A DNA stretch of 64,000 bases from Candidatus Limihabitans stercoravium (GCA_018715495.1 DVLO01000010.1:35302-99301); one strand, 5' to 3'. Shown: positions 46,219-56,700, numbered from the stretch's first letter. The notes: generated from the sequence alone by a model not told the origin. Made by a program: numbers and translations.

Positions 46219-46579
46219 TTGTGCCTCCTATTGTCAGATTTCAGACAAATTACTTGAGTTGCTTTGTCTGAAATTCACTGATTTCTAAAATGTATTCAGC
46301 GGCACATTATGTACTGTTTTTCCGTCTTTGGCAACCGTTCTTGCTGTCAATGTGTTTTAATGAGCGGTAAAGCTAATCTAAAAGTGCATATTATGTTGAT
46401 GTTCTGCCAATGAATTGTGTAAAACACAGTAGAAGGCTAAATGATGAATGATAGATGATGCGTGTTGAGTTGCAAGACATGATGCGTGTACTTCTATTCA
46501 TTGAGGTTAGTGGAATGGTTAAGTTGGAAAATCCAGTGTAAACATAATCCCTGACAGCGAAACAGGGTTTTTCATGGTA

Positions 46580-46748
46580 GCCGTGTGCAACACCGTCACA
46601 TTATTTCAACTTCCTGAACCAAGCAAAAAAAAGAAGGCGAAGCCAAAACGAGAAATGAAAAACAAGGCAGTTGTTCACTGCCTTGTTCGTTGCTGTCAGT
46701 ATGTATTGAAATAAAATAAAAACACGGCAACCAAGATTTACTTAGTCG
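46580..46748. repeat. Direct repeat copy A (169 bp)
   Basis: Aligns end to end with 46876..47041 with a handful of substitutions and two short indels. Contains an 11-bp hairpin followed by a T-run on the minus strand. Confidence 0.85.
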
Positions 46749-46875
46749 GCATTGCCATGCAGGCACTGGGGGGGGGAAAATTGTTGTTGCCTAGTTGCCG
46801 TACGCAGTACTACTGCCGTAGGGGCGCTTTGTAAAACTTTATGTGGACATCAATCTCAAAAGTGAAACACTAGTT

Positions 46876-47041
46876 GCCGTGTGCAACACCGTCACATTAT
46901 TTCAACTTCCTGAACCAAGCAAAAAGAAGGCGAAGCCAAACGGAGAAATGAAAAACAAAGCAGTTGTTCACTGCCTTGTTCGTTGCTGTCAGTCTGTATT
47001 GAAATAAAATAAAAACACGGCAACCAAGATTTACTTAGTCG
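46876..47041. repeat. Direct repeat copy B (166 bp)
   Basis: See copy A. It is followed directly by a third GCCGTGTGCAACAC and by the copy of the tRNA 3' end. Confidence 0.85.
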
Positions 47042-47054
47042 CCGTGTGCAACAC

Positions 47055-47075
47055 TGGTCTGGGTGACAGGGCTTG
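47055..47075 (-). repeat. Partial duplicate of the 3' end of tRNA-Pro (att-like)
   Basis: TGGTCTGGGTGACAGG is identical to 47244-47259. After one mismatch, 4 more nt match. It lies 189 bp downstream of the real 3' end. Confidence 0.7.
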
Positions 47076-47243
47076 TAAGGAGCAACTTGTTGCGACGGAA
47101 TAGCGAGCTTGCGAGCGTCACGTTATTTCATCATGCTGGCAGTAGTCCGTAAAGGACAGCGACAGCAAAGGGAGAAATGGAAAAAGGAAGTACCTTGTGT
47201 ACTTCCTTTTCCGTTGCGACTTATAAGCGTCGCTGTCCGATCT

Positions 47244-47320
47244 TGGTCTGGGTGACAGGACTTGAACCTGCGACCCCAAGACCCCCAGTCTTGTGCGCTA
47301 CCAAACTGCGCTACACCCAG
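47244..47320 (-). tRNA. tRNA-Pro, anticodon GGG, with encoded CCA
   Basis: The 77-nt cloverleaf was folded by hand. Acceptor CTGGGTG/CACCCAG; D arm GCGC/GCGC; anticodon stem CAAGA/TCTTG with loop CTGGGGG; T arm GCAGG-TTCAAGT-CCTGT; discriminator A, then CCA. Confidence 0.9.
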
Positions 47321-47330
47321 ATGCCCATAT

Positions 47331-47359
47331 ATAATACATCATTTTACAAAATTTGGCAA
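47331..47359 (-). promoter_or_regulatory. Sigma-A-type promoter of tRNA-Pro
   Basis: On the minus strand: TTGCCA, a 17-nt spacer, then TATTAT. The -10 element ends 10 nt before the tRNA 5' end. Confidence 0.5.
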
Positions 47360-47568
47360 TGAAAAGAACACAAAAAGTTTTAAAATTTTTACTGAAATCA
47401 TTTTATTTTAAGTCAATAGTGGTAAAATATTGTCAAAAGGTCAGGTAAATTAGTTTGTCAAACAGAGCAAGTAGTCTTGACAAAACATTGCGGTGCTGAT
47501 ACAATCTAATCAACTGAAACTATTGACAATTACATTGCACTAAAAGCACAAGATTTAAGGAGTAAATC

Positions 47569-48339
47569 ATGAAAAAGACAATTGAAAAAGTCGCACTTGT
47601 TGCGCAGACGGTAATTGCATTGATTGTTGCCATCATCTGTTTGTTGATGGCATTGGGTAACATTCCAACCATTTCCACTGACAGTTCTTCCGGCAAGGTA
47701 GTGCTGGTACTTGTGTGTATCTTTTCGGGATTGTATCTTGCATTTGCAATCTACAACCTTTACGTGGCATTCAGCGACCGCAACGTTTTGAGATACGTTA
47801 TGTTGACAGCGGACAACAACAAGTCCACATCTGCATCGGGCAAGGTGTTGAAAAAGATTGCTGTATCCAACAGCACATTGGTAGAAGGAATCAAGGTAAG
47901 ACGTTTGCAAGTTCGTCCGGATGAAAAGATGGGTTTCAAGATGCGTGTTGATCTGGACGTCGACAGCAACGAAGTCAACATGGCACTGGAAAAGTACAGA
48001 TGTTTATTGATCGACAGCTACATCAACATTCTTGGATTGAAGTTCAGTTCCATTGATTTCCGTATCCGCAAGGTTACAACAACCTACACCCCTGATGTTG
48101 CCAAGGCGGAACAACAAGCTAAGACAATCACCAACAATAACAAGCAATCTGTTGAACAGCCTGTAAATGAAGAACATCATACTGAACAACCTCAACCTGA
48201 ACAACCCATCGAAGCGGAAACTGTAGAAGTTGAAACGGAGCAGACTGAAGAACAGCCGACGGTGGACGTTACCGAAGATATTGTAGTGACTGTCGAAGAC
48301 GCCGAACAATCGGAAGAAACGGAAAAAGAAGAAAAGTAA
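47569..48339 (+). CDS. Membrane protein with an Asp23/Gls24-like (AmaP-like) domain and an acidic E/Q/P/T-rich tail
   Basis: AAGGAG RBS; two N-terminal TM helices; a beta-rich central domain. The tail reads EQPQPEQPIEAETVEVETEQTEEQPTVDVTEDIVV. Confidence 0.5.
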   Translation: MKKTIEKVALVAQTVIALIVAIICLLMALGNIPTISTDSSSGKVVLVLVCIFSGLYLAFAIYNLYVAFSDRNVLRYVMLTADNNKSTSASGKVLKKIAVSNSTLVEGIKVRRLQVRPDEKMGFKMRVDLDVDSNEVNMALEKYRCLLIDSYINILGLKFSSIDFRIRKVTTTYTPDVAKAEQQAKTITNNNKQSVEQPVNEEHHTEQPQPEQPIEAETVEVETEQTEEQPTVDVTEDIVVTVEDAEQSEETEKEEK

Positions 48340-48385
48340 CATATATCTATAATTAAGGATTATGTGTAAAAAATATTAGAATATA

Positions 48386-48426
48386 AAAAGCACACTGTTA
48401 TGCAAAATTCAATACAGTGTGCTTTT
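48386..48426. terminator. Bidirectional terminator between convergent genes
   Basis: AAAAGCACACTGT / ACAGTGTGCTTTT. Confidence 0.75.
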
Positions 48427-48438
48427 AATTTATTTTTA

Positions 48439-49821
48439 TTATTTTATTGAAGAAAAGAAATCTGATTCTTTTACTATTTTTATATTTGAACCTCTTTCGT
48501 TAAATTCTATTGCTTTTTTAACTTTTGACCCATATGTTCCATTACTATATAATTTTGATTCATATTTTCCAATCATCAAAATATTAGTTGTTTTTTTTAG
48601 GTTTGGGTCAATTATTCCACCTTTTGAAATAATATAATCTGCAACATCAGATTTTTTTCCATATTCAAAGTCTCCGCTTAGGCACACATGCTTTCCTTCT
48701 ACTGAATTAACTTGTTCTTTTAAATGGTCAATAGGGTCTAGCATTTTATTTATGATTTCATTCAAGTAAACAGATTCTTCTTTTGTAACAACTGAATCTT
48801 CCAATATTTTTTCGACAGCCTTGATCGTTTTATTGAATGGAAAATGATTGGAAAGATATATATTATCATATAGCCATTGCCGAAGGTTTTTGCATTCAGT
48901 TTCGGATATTTTGCCATCCAATGTAATTCCACGTAATATTCCATCTAATATTTGGGTCGCCAATGTGATAGGCGAAGTGCTAACTATGTCCAAGTAAGAT
49001 TTAATTAAGTGCTGTAATTCTGTAATTTCATCTAACGTGATTTTCCCATCATATATTATTTTATTTAGAACACTTACAACTGCGGAAATCTCTGGTTGTT
49101 TTGAATATTCAGAAAACTTTGCTTGCCAGTTTTTAATATATTCAAATTCATCCGAAGTGACTTGATTATCCATGGAAAATCCACGTATAATACCATAGAA
49201 TTCGCTCACTGCTTTTCTTGCTTCTGGATTTGATATAAATCTTGCAAATTCGTTAGTTTGGGAATAATTGAACTTTTTGACTTCTATGGTATTAATATCA
49301 ATCGAATACTTATCTACAATAGCCTTGAACAAATCTGCACAAGCACAGCAGTCATCAAAAGCGTTGTGTTCGCAACCTATATCCACATTGAAATATGTAC
49401 ACAGAGTAGTCAAACTATAATTTTCGACTTCATATGATGGAACATATTTGCGAGCTAAGTCCAAGGTGCAAATATAATACATTTCAGGAATATCAATGTT
49501 GTATCTTTTTAATGTTTTTACAAGAGCATTAAGATCAGATGTCGCAACATTATGACCTATCACAATTGAGTTGGTGAAGTATTTCTCTATATCTTTCCAG
49601 ACAATAGGAAAAGTTTGTTTGTCTTTTACTTGCTCATAAGTTATGTTGTGTGTTTTAACACATATAATATCAAAATTATCTTCGGGATTTATGTAAATAT
49701 CTCTTTCCGGATGATAAGGATCTCCTGTAATAAAGTTTTCACAAGAAATTCCAATTTGACATATGGACATGTTTTGGCTGTTTGCGTATTCAACATCAAA
49801 ATATGTAACTTTTTCTATCAT
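48439..49821 (-). CDS. DEDDh (DnaQ/epsilon-like) 3'-5' exonuclease fused to four helical repeats and a C-terminal BRCT domain
   Basis: Exo I FDVEYAN; Exo II VIGHNVATSDLNAL; Exo III EHNAFDDCCACADL. A four-fold D/G-G-K-I-T/S-x-D/E-E motif is present. The BRCT-like tail reads GKHVCLSGDF...ILMIGK...KKAIEFN..IKIVKESDF. Strongly A+T-rich. Confidence 0.75.
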   Translation of the reverse strand: MIEKVTYFDVEYANSQNMSICQIGISCENFITGDPYHPERDIYINPEDNFDIICVKTHNITYEQVKDKQTFPIVWKDIEKYFTNSIVIGHNVATSDLNALVKTLKRYNIDIPEMYYICTLDLARKYVPSYEVENYSLTTLCTYFNVDIGCEHNAFDDCCACADLFKAIVDKYSIDINTIEVKKFNYSQTNEFARFISNPEARKAVSEFYGIIRGFSMDNQVTSDEFEYIKNWQAKFSEYSKQPEISAVVSVLNKIIYDGKITLDEITELQHLIKSYLDIVSTSPITLATQILDGILRGITLDGKISETECKNLRQWLYDNIYLSNHFPFNKTIKAVEKILEDSVVTKEESVYLNEIINKMLDPIDHLKEQVNSVEGKHVCLSGDFEYGKKSDVADYIISKGGIIDPNLKKTTNILMIGKYESKLYSNGTYGSKVKKAIEFNERGSNIKIVKESDFFSSIK

Positions 49822-50063
49822 ATTTGCTCCTTAATCATTAGTTTGTTAATATTATATCATAATGTAAATGTTTTTACAATGTTTTCTTTTGCTTAAATGT
49901 CAGTATCAAATGAGATTTAATTATCTTTATAGTTTAATTAATTGTAGGTGTTTTTTTTGTATTAAAAGGTAAGGGGTAAATTACAAACTGTTTTCAAACA
50001 GCGTCTTTACAAAGATTGTTTCAGGTGGTAAAATGTAGATATACCAATCAAAGGAGAAACATC

Positions 50064-51854
50064 GTGGACAAACAAGCGTTACAGGTTCTGAAAAAAGGTA
50101 ATCAATCGGACACTCGTGTGCAGTTGACTCCGTGGGCTGATGTGGGCAACAGACCTTTGCAGGAATATCCACGCCCGCAGTTTGCAAGAGAAAGTTACAT
50201 CAATCTCAACGGCTGGTGGGATTACTGTATTGACAGCAACTTTAATCCTCCGGAAGTGTATCAGGGCAGGATTCTGGTACCCTTTTCGCCTGAAAGCATT
50301 TTGTCGGGAGTAGGTAAGCAGCTCAGTCCAACACAGTATCTGCATTACCGCACGCAGTTTTCCTACCCCAAGAATTTCAACAAGGGAAGAATTTTGTTGC
50401 ATTTCGGAGCAGTTGACAACATTGCGCAAGTGTGGGTAAACGGCAAGAATGCGGGCAGTCACAGTGGTGGTTACAACAGTTTTTCGCTGGATATAACTAA
50501 TTTGTGTGAAGATCAGCAATCCAATTTGTTGGAAATCACTGTGCGTGACCCATCTGACACATCCTACTACTGTACGGGGAAGCAGTGTCTTGACCGTCAC
50601 GGAATGTGGTACACGGCGCAAAGCGGAATCTGGCAGACGGTATGGATTGAGAGTGTACCTGACGAATATATTTCCAACGCATTTGTAAACATCGATTACG
50701 ACAATGCTAAGGTCACCGTCAGTCTGCAAAAGAACTTCGACGGACCTGTAACAGCCATAGTGTACGACGGAAGAAAAGAAGTAGCAAAGTCCGACTGCAC
50801 AGGCAGTACCTTGACAATTGAAATGCCCAAGGACTTCAAGTCGTGGAGTCCCGAAGACCCGTTCCTGTACAAGGTGATGTACATTTCCCGCCGTGACAAG
50901 GTGGAAAGTTACTTCGGAATGCGCAAGGTGGATGTAAGACGGGACGAAAAGGGCGTTCCCAGACTGTATCTCAACAACAAGAAGTATTTCCAGTCGGGAC
51001 TGCTTGACCAGGGATACTGGAGTGACGGACTGTACACTGCGCCCAGTGACGAAGCAATGATATACGACATTGAAACGGCTAAAAAACTGGGATTCAACAT
51101 GCTACGCAAACACATCAAGGTAGAGCCAATGAGATGGTACTACCACTGTGACAAACTGGGAATGCTTGTATGGCAGGACATGCCCAGCGGCGGCGGACGT
51201 CAGCACAAGTGGGTAACAATGATTTCACCTTTCCTGGGATTACGTCGCAAGAAAGACAACAAGTACAGGGCATTTTCCCGCAAATCATTGAAGGGTAGAC
51301 AATTGTTCAAGGATCAGTATATTGAAATGTTGCGTCAATTGTACAATTGCGTGTGTATTTGTACATGGGTACCATTCAACGAAGGATGGGGACAGTTTGA
51401 CGCATTGAAGTTTGTCAAACTCACCAAGCAGATTGACCCAACACGTATTGTTGACCATGCCAGCGGTTGGCACGATCAAGGGGGCGGAGATGTACTGAGC
51501 TTGCACATTTACTTCAAGCCGATACGATTGCCCCGTCCCGAACAGGACAGATGTACTGTGGTGACGGAGTTTGGCGGTTACACTCACCGTGACATGGAAC
51601 ACTGTTTCAATACCGGTGCAATGTTCAGCTACAAGGATTTTGACAGTGTGGAAGAATACAACAAGGCAGTTGAACAGCTGTTTGACAAGGAAGTAGTGCC
51701 TGCAATTGACAAGGGATTGTCTGGCTGTGTGTATGTGCAGCTCAGTGACGTCGAAGATGAAGTAAACGGTTTGCTCACTTACGACAGAAAGGTATTGAAG
51801 GCGGATGCCGAAATGTTTAAAAGAATAAACGAAAAACTCAAATATGACAGATAA
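50064..51854 (+). CDS. Glycoside hydrolase family 2 (second short paralogue)
   Basis: LNGWWDY, FNMLRKHIK and WVPFNEGWGQFD. I chose the GTG at 50064, preceded by AAAGGAG. A TGGTAAAAT extended -10 element lies upstream. Confidence 0.8.
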   Translation: MDKQALQVLKKGNQSDTRVQLTPWADVGNRPLQEYPRPQFARESYINLNGWWDYCIDSNFNPPEVYQGRILVPFSPESILSGVGKQLSPTQYLHYRTQFSYPKNFNKGRILLHFGAVDNIAQVWVNGKNAGSHSGGYNSFSLDITNLCEDQQSNLLEITVRDPSDTSYYCTGKQCLDRHGMWYTAQSGIWQTVWIESVPDEYISNAFVNIDYDNAKVTVSLQKNFDGPVTAIVYDGRKEVAKSDCTGSTLTIEMPKDFKSWSPEDPFLYKVMYISRRDKVESYFGMRKVDVRRDEKGVPRLYLNNKKYFQSGLLDQGYWSDGLYTAPSDEAMIYDIETAKKLGFNMLRKHIKVEPMRWYYHCDKLGMLVWQDMPSGGGRQHKWVTMISPFLGLRRKKDNKYRAFSRKSLKGRQLFKDQYIEMLRQLYNCVCICTWVPFNEGWGQFDALKFVKLTKQIDPTRIVDHASGWHDQGGGDVLSLHIYFKPIRLPRPEQDRCTVVTEFGGYTHRDMEHCFNTGAMFSYKDFDSVEEYNKAVEQLFDKEVVPAIDKGLSGCVYVQLSDVEDEVNGLLTYDRKVLKADAEMFKRINEKLKYDR

Positions 51855-52296
51855 AGAAACATTCATGAAAAAGGCGTTAAAGCAAGCACAAGCGGCTTTG
51901 CGACGTGATGAAGTGCCAATAGGTGCGGTGATTGTTCGTGACGGAAAGGTCATTGCAAGGGCGCACAATACACGTATGAAAAGTCGTGACGCAACCGATC
52001 ACGCCGAAATAAAGGCGATACGTCAGGCATGCAGAAAACTGGGTGATTGGCGTCTGAACGATTGTCAGTTGTACGTCACGCTGGAACCCTGTCTGATGTG
52101 CCTTGGCGCATGCTACAACGCACGTATAGGAAAGGTGTATTTCGGTGCTTATGATAAAACGGAAGGCAGGTCGGAAATGTTGAAAAACATCAACACGTTA
52201 AACCACAATCTGGAAACGGAAGGTGGCGTGTTGGAACAACAATGTTCGGAAATGCTGACAAATTATTTTGCACAAAAGCGAAAGAAAAAGTCGTGA
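51844..52296 (+). CDS. tadA: tRNA adenosine(34) deaminase
   Basis: HAEIKAI and TLEPCLMCLGA zinc motifs; 150 aa; overlaps the GH2 gene by 11 nt. Confidence 0.9.
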   Translation: MTDKETFMKKALKQAQAALRRDEVPIGAVIVRDGKVIARAHNTRMKSRDATDHAEIKAIRQACRKLGDWRLNDCQLYVTLEPCLMCLGACYNARIGKVYFGAYDKTEGRSEMLKNINTLNHNLETEGGVLEQQCSEMLTNYFAQKRKKKS

Positions 52297-52347
52297 TTTA
52301 AAGTGACGTTATTGCGAAACACAAAGCTACAAATATGCTTTTAGAGT

Positions 52348-52400
52348 AAAAAAATCCCTTCGGCTTCTGGGGTGTACCCCAATCCGAAGGGATTTTTATT
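52348..52400. terminator. Bidirectional terminator
   Basis: AAAAATCCCTTCGG / CCGAAGGGATTTTT, flanked by an A-run and a T-run. Confidence 0.8.
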
Positions 52401-52411
52401 TAGTTCAGTGA

Positions 52412-53533
52412 TTATTCAGCACTTGCAATGTCTACTGTGATGTAGTCCTTGATTGCCTGGTCGTAACTTGCAAGTTGCATTGAGTAGTATCCGTTCTGAA
52501 TTTTTACAACGGTAAACTTGCTTATCAATCCGTTGGCTGTACCTTTGACGTCAACCTTCTGTTCGCTGTCGTAGCAAACGTTGCTGATGTAATACAGTGC
52601 GGTCTGATTGATGTAACCGACAACTATGTCAGTTTTGGAAGGTGTCAGTTCGCCGTCAATGTTCAGCAGACTGTTGTGAGACTTGCTGATTGCAAATGAT
52701 GCTGTTGCAGTTGTAGCTGTCAGCGGTTCAAATACCTGAACGGAAGGAGTGTCCTGGAATCCGTTGGGACCCTTGTCCAGTGTGCGGCTGTACAGAATGT
52801 ATTGGTTTATGTCTATAGTACCTTCACTGATTGTATGGTTGGTAGTTGTGTTTTCGCCGTTTACCGTTTTAGCAACCTTGACAGACGCACCGTTTTCGTA
52901 GGTGTAGGTGCATTCCGTTGAGTATTGAGAGTACTGTTGTGCAGTCTTTCCAAGGTAGTAACCTACAACGCTCTTAGTGGATTTCAAGGGGTTTTGTGAT
53001 TTTTCTGCCTTGAATTCGGTGTAGGTGTCGGTGGTCGAACGCAACACAACCTTTCCTTCGTCAAGATACTGTTGCAATGTCTTGTCGGTAAAGGTCAATG
53101 CCTTTTCTTCGTCGGTGAATGTATTGATTGTTGCAAGTTGGTCGGCTGTCATGCCGTTTATCAACTTGGTGGTGTAGTCCGACTTGTCGTAAACAGAGTA
53201 GATTACTTGCTTCGTTGTAAGGGTGTACTTCGAAGTGTCGTCGGTGTTGATGTCAATTGTGTAGGTACCTGTTGCGTCAACGGGACGGATTTCGTCGTAG
53301 CTTGTTGGCAACAGCTGGTAGTCGCCGATGTACGTTGTTTCACTGCTTTCGCCCTTTACAATCTGTTGGTTGTTTTCCTTGCCGTTTTGTTCAAGAGAAA
53401 TGTTGAACGTGTACGATTCGGTGGAAAAACGCAGTTCTTTACCTGTGGGAAGTGCGTTGGGAGAGCATCCCGCAAATGCCATTACTGCAACAATCAGCAA
53501 TGCGACGATTGCAACTAAATGTCTAGATTTCAT
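52412..53533 (-). CDS. Putative lipoprotein, unknown function
   Basis: Signal peptide with lipobox FAGCS; T/S/Y-rich beta-type sequence. Confidence 0.6.
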   Translation of the reverse strand: MKSRHLVAIVALLIVAVMAFAGCSPNALPTGKELRFSTESYTFNISLEQNGKENNQQIVKGESSETTYIGDYQLLPTSYDEIRPVDATGTYTIDINTDDTSKYTLTTKQVIYSVYDKSDYTTKLINGMTADQLATINTFTDEEKALTFTDKTLQQYLDEGKVVLRSTTDTYTEFKAEKSQNPLKSTKSVVGYYLGKTAQQYSQYSTECTYTYENGASVKVAKTVNGENTTTNHTISEGTIDINQYILYSRTLDKGPNGFQDTPSVQVFEPLTATTATASFAISKSHNSLLNIDGELTPSKTDIVVGYINQTALYYISNVCYDSEQKVDVKGTANGLISKFTVVKIQNGYYSMQLASYDQAIKDYITVDIASAE

Positions 53534-53714
53534 GTATATTCTCCGTATTTAAATTGTTTTTGCAAACGTTGGTGCAATTTTCGCTGGTATTATATCACAA
53601 TATCATTATTTTGCCAACAAATTTACGGCTGTTGTGCAATTGCTGAAAATATGCTGATGTATTTGCTGTTGCGAAGTTAACTCATGTGTGGTAAAATGAG
53701 TTCAAGGTGAATTT

Positions 53715-56700
53715 ATGTTTACGATTTTAAAGACAAACAGCATGAAAGAAGGCGCAAGTTACATTGCACGGTGTTTACAGCAGACCGACCCATCCAATCT
53801 GGATGTCGGTCACATTGTCATTGTGCCCGACAGAGCGTCTCTTGAAGCGGAAAATGAAGTGTTGCGTGCATTGGGCGGAAGTTTCAATGTGGAAGTGCTG
53901 ACTTTCAGACGTCTTGCAAATGCGGTGTTGGATACAAAGTATCAGTACATGAGCAAGCAATCGGGAATAATTGCGTTGACGGGTATCATCGAAGATGTCA
54001 AAAGTCAGTTGACCTGTTACACCAAGGCGTATTCATCCGTCGGATTTGTCAGCAATGTTTACGACACAATCAGTGCATTCAAGTATTGCAAGATTTCACC
54101 GGAAATGCTTGTTCGAACCGACTACCACCCGTCCGTTGCCTCCAAGATGAAGGATCTTGGTCTACTCTACCGAAGTTACAGTGATTTTCTCAGCGGACGT
54201 TACGTCGATTCTGCCGATAAGATGGACATGCTGTCGCAAAAAGCAGGCAGCAGTGACAAGATAAAAAACAGCTACTTCTATCTTTACGACTTCGACAACC
54301 TTACCAAACAGCAGTTGGGAGTCATCCGTGAACTGGCGCTTGCAAGCAAGGGTGTTACTCTTGCATGTTGTACGGCACAGGCGGAGGGGGACAAGTATCT
54401 GTACACCAACGAAATTTTCAATGGCGTTGTTTCCATGCTGAAAGAAAATTCCATTGCCTACAACGTGGTGGAAAGTTGTGGTTTTTCCAACAATTTCACA
54501 AGGCAAATAGGGGAAAATCTTTTCAGATACCACAAGGTCAAGCCCATTGAAAATGACGGCTTTTTGTCAATTTACGAAGGAGAAACACGTGTTGACGAAG
54601 TGTATTCGCTGGCATGTGCCGTTGAACGGTACATCAGACAGGGCAACAGATTCAAGGATATTTACGTTGTCACAAGTGACATCAACAAGTACACGGACGC
54701 CATATCAACGGTGTTCAGCCAGTTTGGAATACCGTACTTCTGCGATACTCCTACAAGCCTTGCCCAGCACGTCTATTCGCAGTTTATTGTTGACTACCTG
54801 TCATCAAGAAATAACTTGAGACTTGACAAGGTGTTGAACTGGGCGAAAAATCCGCTGTTTTCGTTGGACAACGGCGACGCCTACTATTTCGAAAACTTTT
54901 GTTTGAAATACAACGTCAAGTACGATTACAGTCAGTTCCGTGTGGGAAATACCGACAAACTCTATCAGCGTGCGTCCAATTTCAGACAACTTGTTTCCGA
55001 CCTTATAGACAGCGTCGCAATGCCAAGGACTGCATCGGTAAGGCAGTTTGTCGATGTGGTAAATCTGCTCATTTCACATGCTCAACTGCGTGAACGTAAC
55101 AACATTTTTCTCAAAAGACAGCAGGAAGAAGGTCTTGCTGTCGAATCACGTGTTACCGAACAGGTGGAACAAAAGGTACAGGACGTACTGATTCAATTGA
55201 CAGAAGTGGGAGGAGACCGGATGTGCAGCGATCAGCAGTTCCTGACATTGCTGACGACTGCGCTTGCTTCGGTAAACGTGTCGGTGTTGCCTGTGTACAA
55301 CGACTGCGTTGTATTTGCCAACATGGCTAAGGCACGTAAACACGACATCAGGTTTTTAGCACTGTTGGGTGCTAACCACGGGGAAATGCCCATCATAAAG
55401 GGAGATTGCAACCTTTTAAACGATGACAATTTAAAAACGCTTGCGGAAATGGGCATCAACCTTGAACCGCAGATTTTCGTTGAAAACAAGCGTGAAAGAT
55501 TCAGTTTGTTTCAGTTGTTGTTGGAACCGTGCGACAAACTGTACGTTTCCTACGCACTGACGGACGGTAAGGATAAACTTGTTCCGTCGGCTTTCGTCGG
55601 TCAACTTTCGTCAATGTTTACCCACAACGGCAAACCGTTGTCACGCCTCAAAAACGACAACGAAGTTTACTGTCACAGTCAGGCAATTAGCAAACTTGTG
55701 TTGAACAGACGCAGACTTGTTGACCGTCAGCCTGTAGACATGCCATTGTATCAGGTGCTTTACAACCGATTTGCCGATGAAGTGGAAAAATTTATGTTCA
55801 ATAAAGAAGGTCGCAACCTTCGTGTGTCGTCGGGAAGAAAATTGTTTCTTTCTAAAAACACAACAACGGCAAGCAAGATTACGGAGTTTTTCAAATGTCC
55901 GTACAAGTTTTACATTCAACACGGATTGCGTGCCAAACCACGTCAGGTGGCAGACGTGCAGTCAAGTTACATCGGTGACATTCTGCACGCAGTACTTGAA
56001 AGGTACGTTAGAAGTGTGGACATTACCGAAAGCGATCAGGTTACAAACAATCGTGCCGACATGTATTTCGATGAAGTAATGCAGGATGACTTTTTCCGTG
56101 CATTGGCGTCGGATGTCGCAGTAACACACGTACTGCGACAACTTCGCAATGAGTGCCACAAGATGTGCAATGTTGTCAAGAAACAACTTGCATCTTCAAG
56201 TTTTGCCAACTTCGCAACGGAATTGGAATTCGGAAACAACTGTCCTTTACCGCCGGTGCGTGTGGAATTTGATGACGACGAATTCTTCCTTGTGGGTAAG
56301 ATTGACCGTGTGGACGTTCTGGACGATGACTTCGTAGTGGTGGACTACAAGAGCGGCGAAGGTGCGGCAAATTACAGCGAAACAAGTTTGTATTTCGGTG
56401 CCAAACTGCAACTTCCCATTTACGTCAAGGCGGTGGAAAGTAATCTTGGTAAACGTCCGTTGGGATTTTACTACTTCCGTATGCACAACGACTTTGTAAA
56501 GGGTGCCGAACCACTGTACACCTGGAAGGGCAGGACGGTGGACAACAAGGAAAAAATCCAATTGCTGGATCACAATCTGTCGGAGGGCAAGAGTACAAGA
56601 TTGTCGGTGTCTGTCAACAAAGACGGTTCATTGCGAAAGTCTTCAAGCATATTGACCGAACAACAACTTGACAGTCAGGTAAGATACGCTGAGTCTCTCA

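Noticed and set aside
46013-46288. 91-aa plus-strand ORF from the track.
   Set aside because: It has no RBS or motifs. The opposite strand carries a strong RBS, a lipoprotein signal and an LRR unit, which explains the open frame.
46500-47100. The repeat region as a possible CRISPR array.
   Set aside because: The units are about 168 bp, there are only two full copies plus one diverged copy, there is no short repeat-spacer periodicity, and there are no cas genes.
43306-47243. Whole 43.3-47.2 kb block as an integrated element at tRNA-Pro.
   Set aside because: I saw no integrase, recombinase or excisionase gene and no distal copy of the tRNA 3' end beyond the one 189 bp away. Only the local repeat structure is reported.
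47177-47362. 61-aa plus-strand ORF.
   Set aside because: It overlaps the tRNA-Pro gene and its terminator on the opposite strand.
50016-50063. ORF-track start of the second GH2 gene at 50016. Similar upstream starts occur for 25294, 33459, 33624, 45846, 60321 and 61137.
   Set aside because: Each has a downstream in-frame start with a clear GGAGG-type RBS, or a conserved N-terminus. The upstream part overlaps promoters or hairpins.
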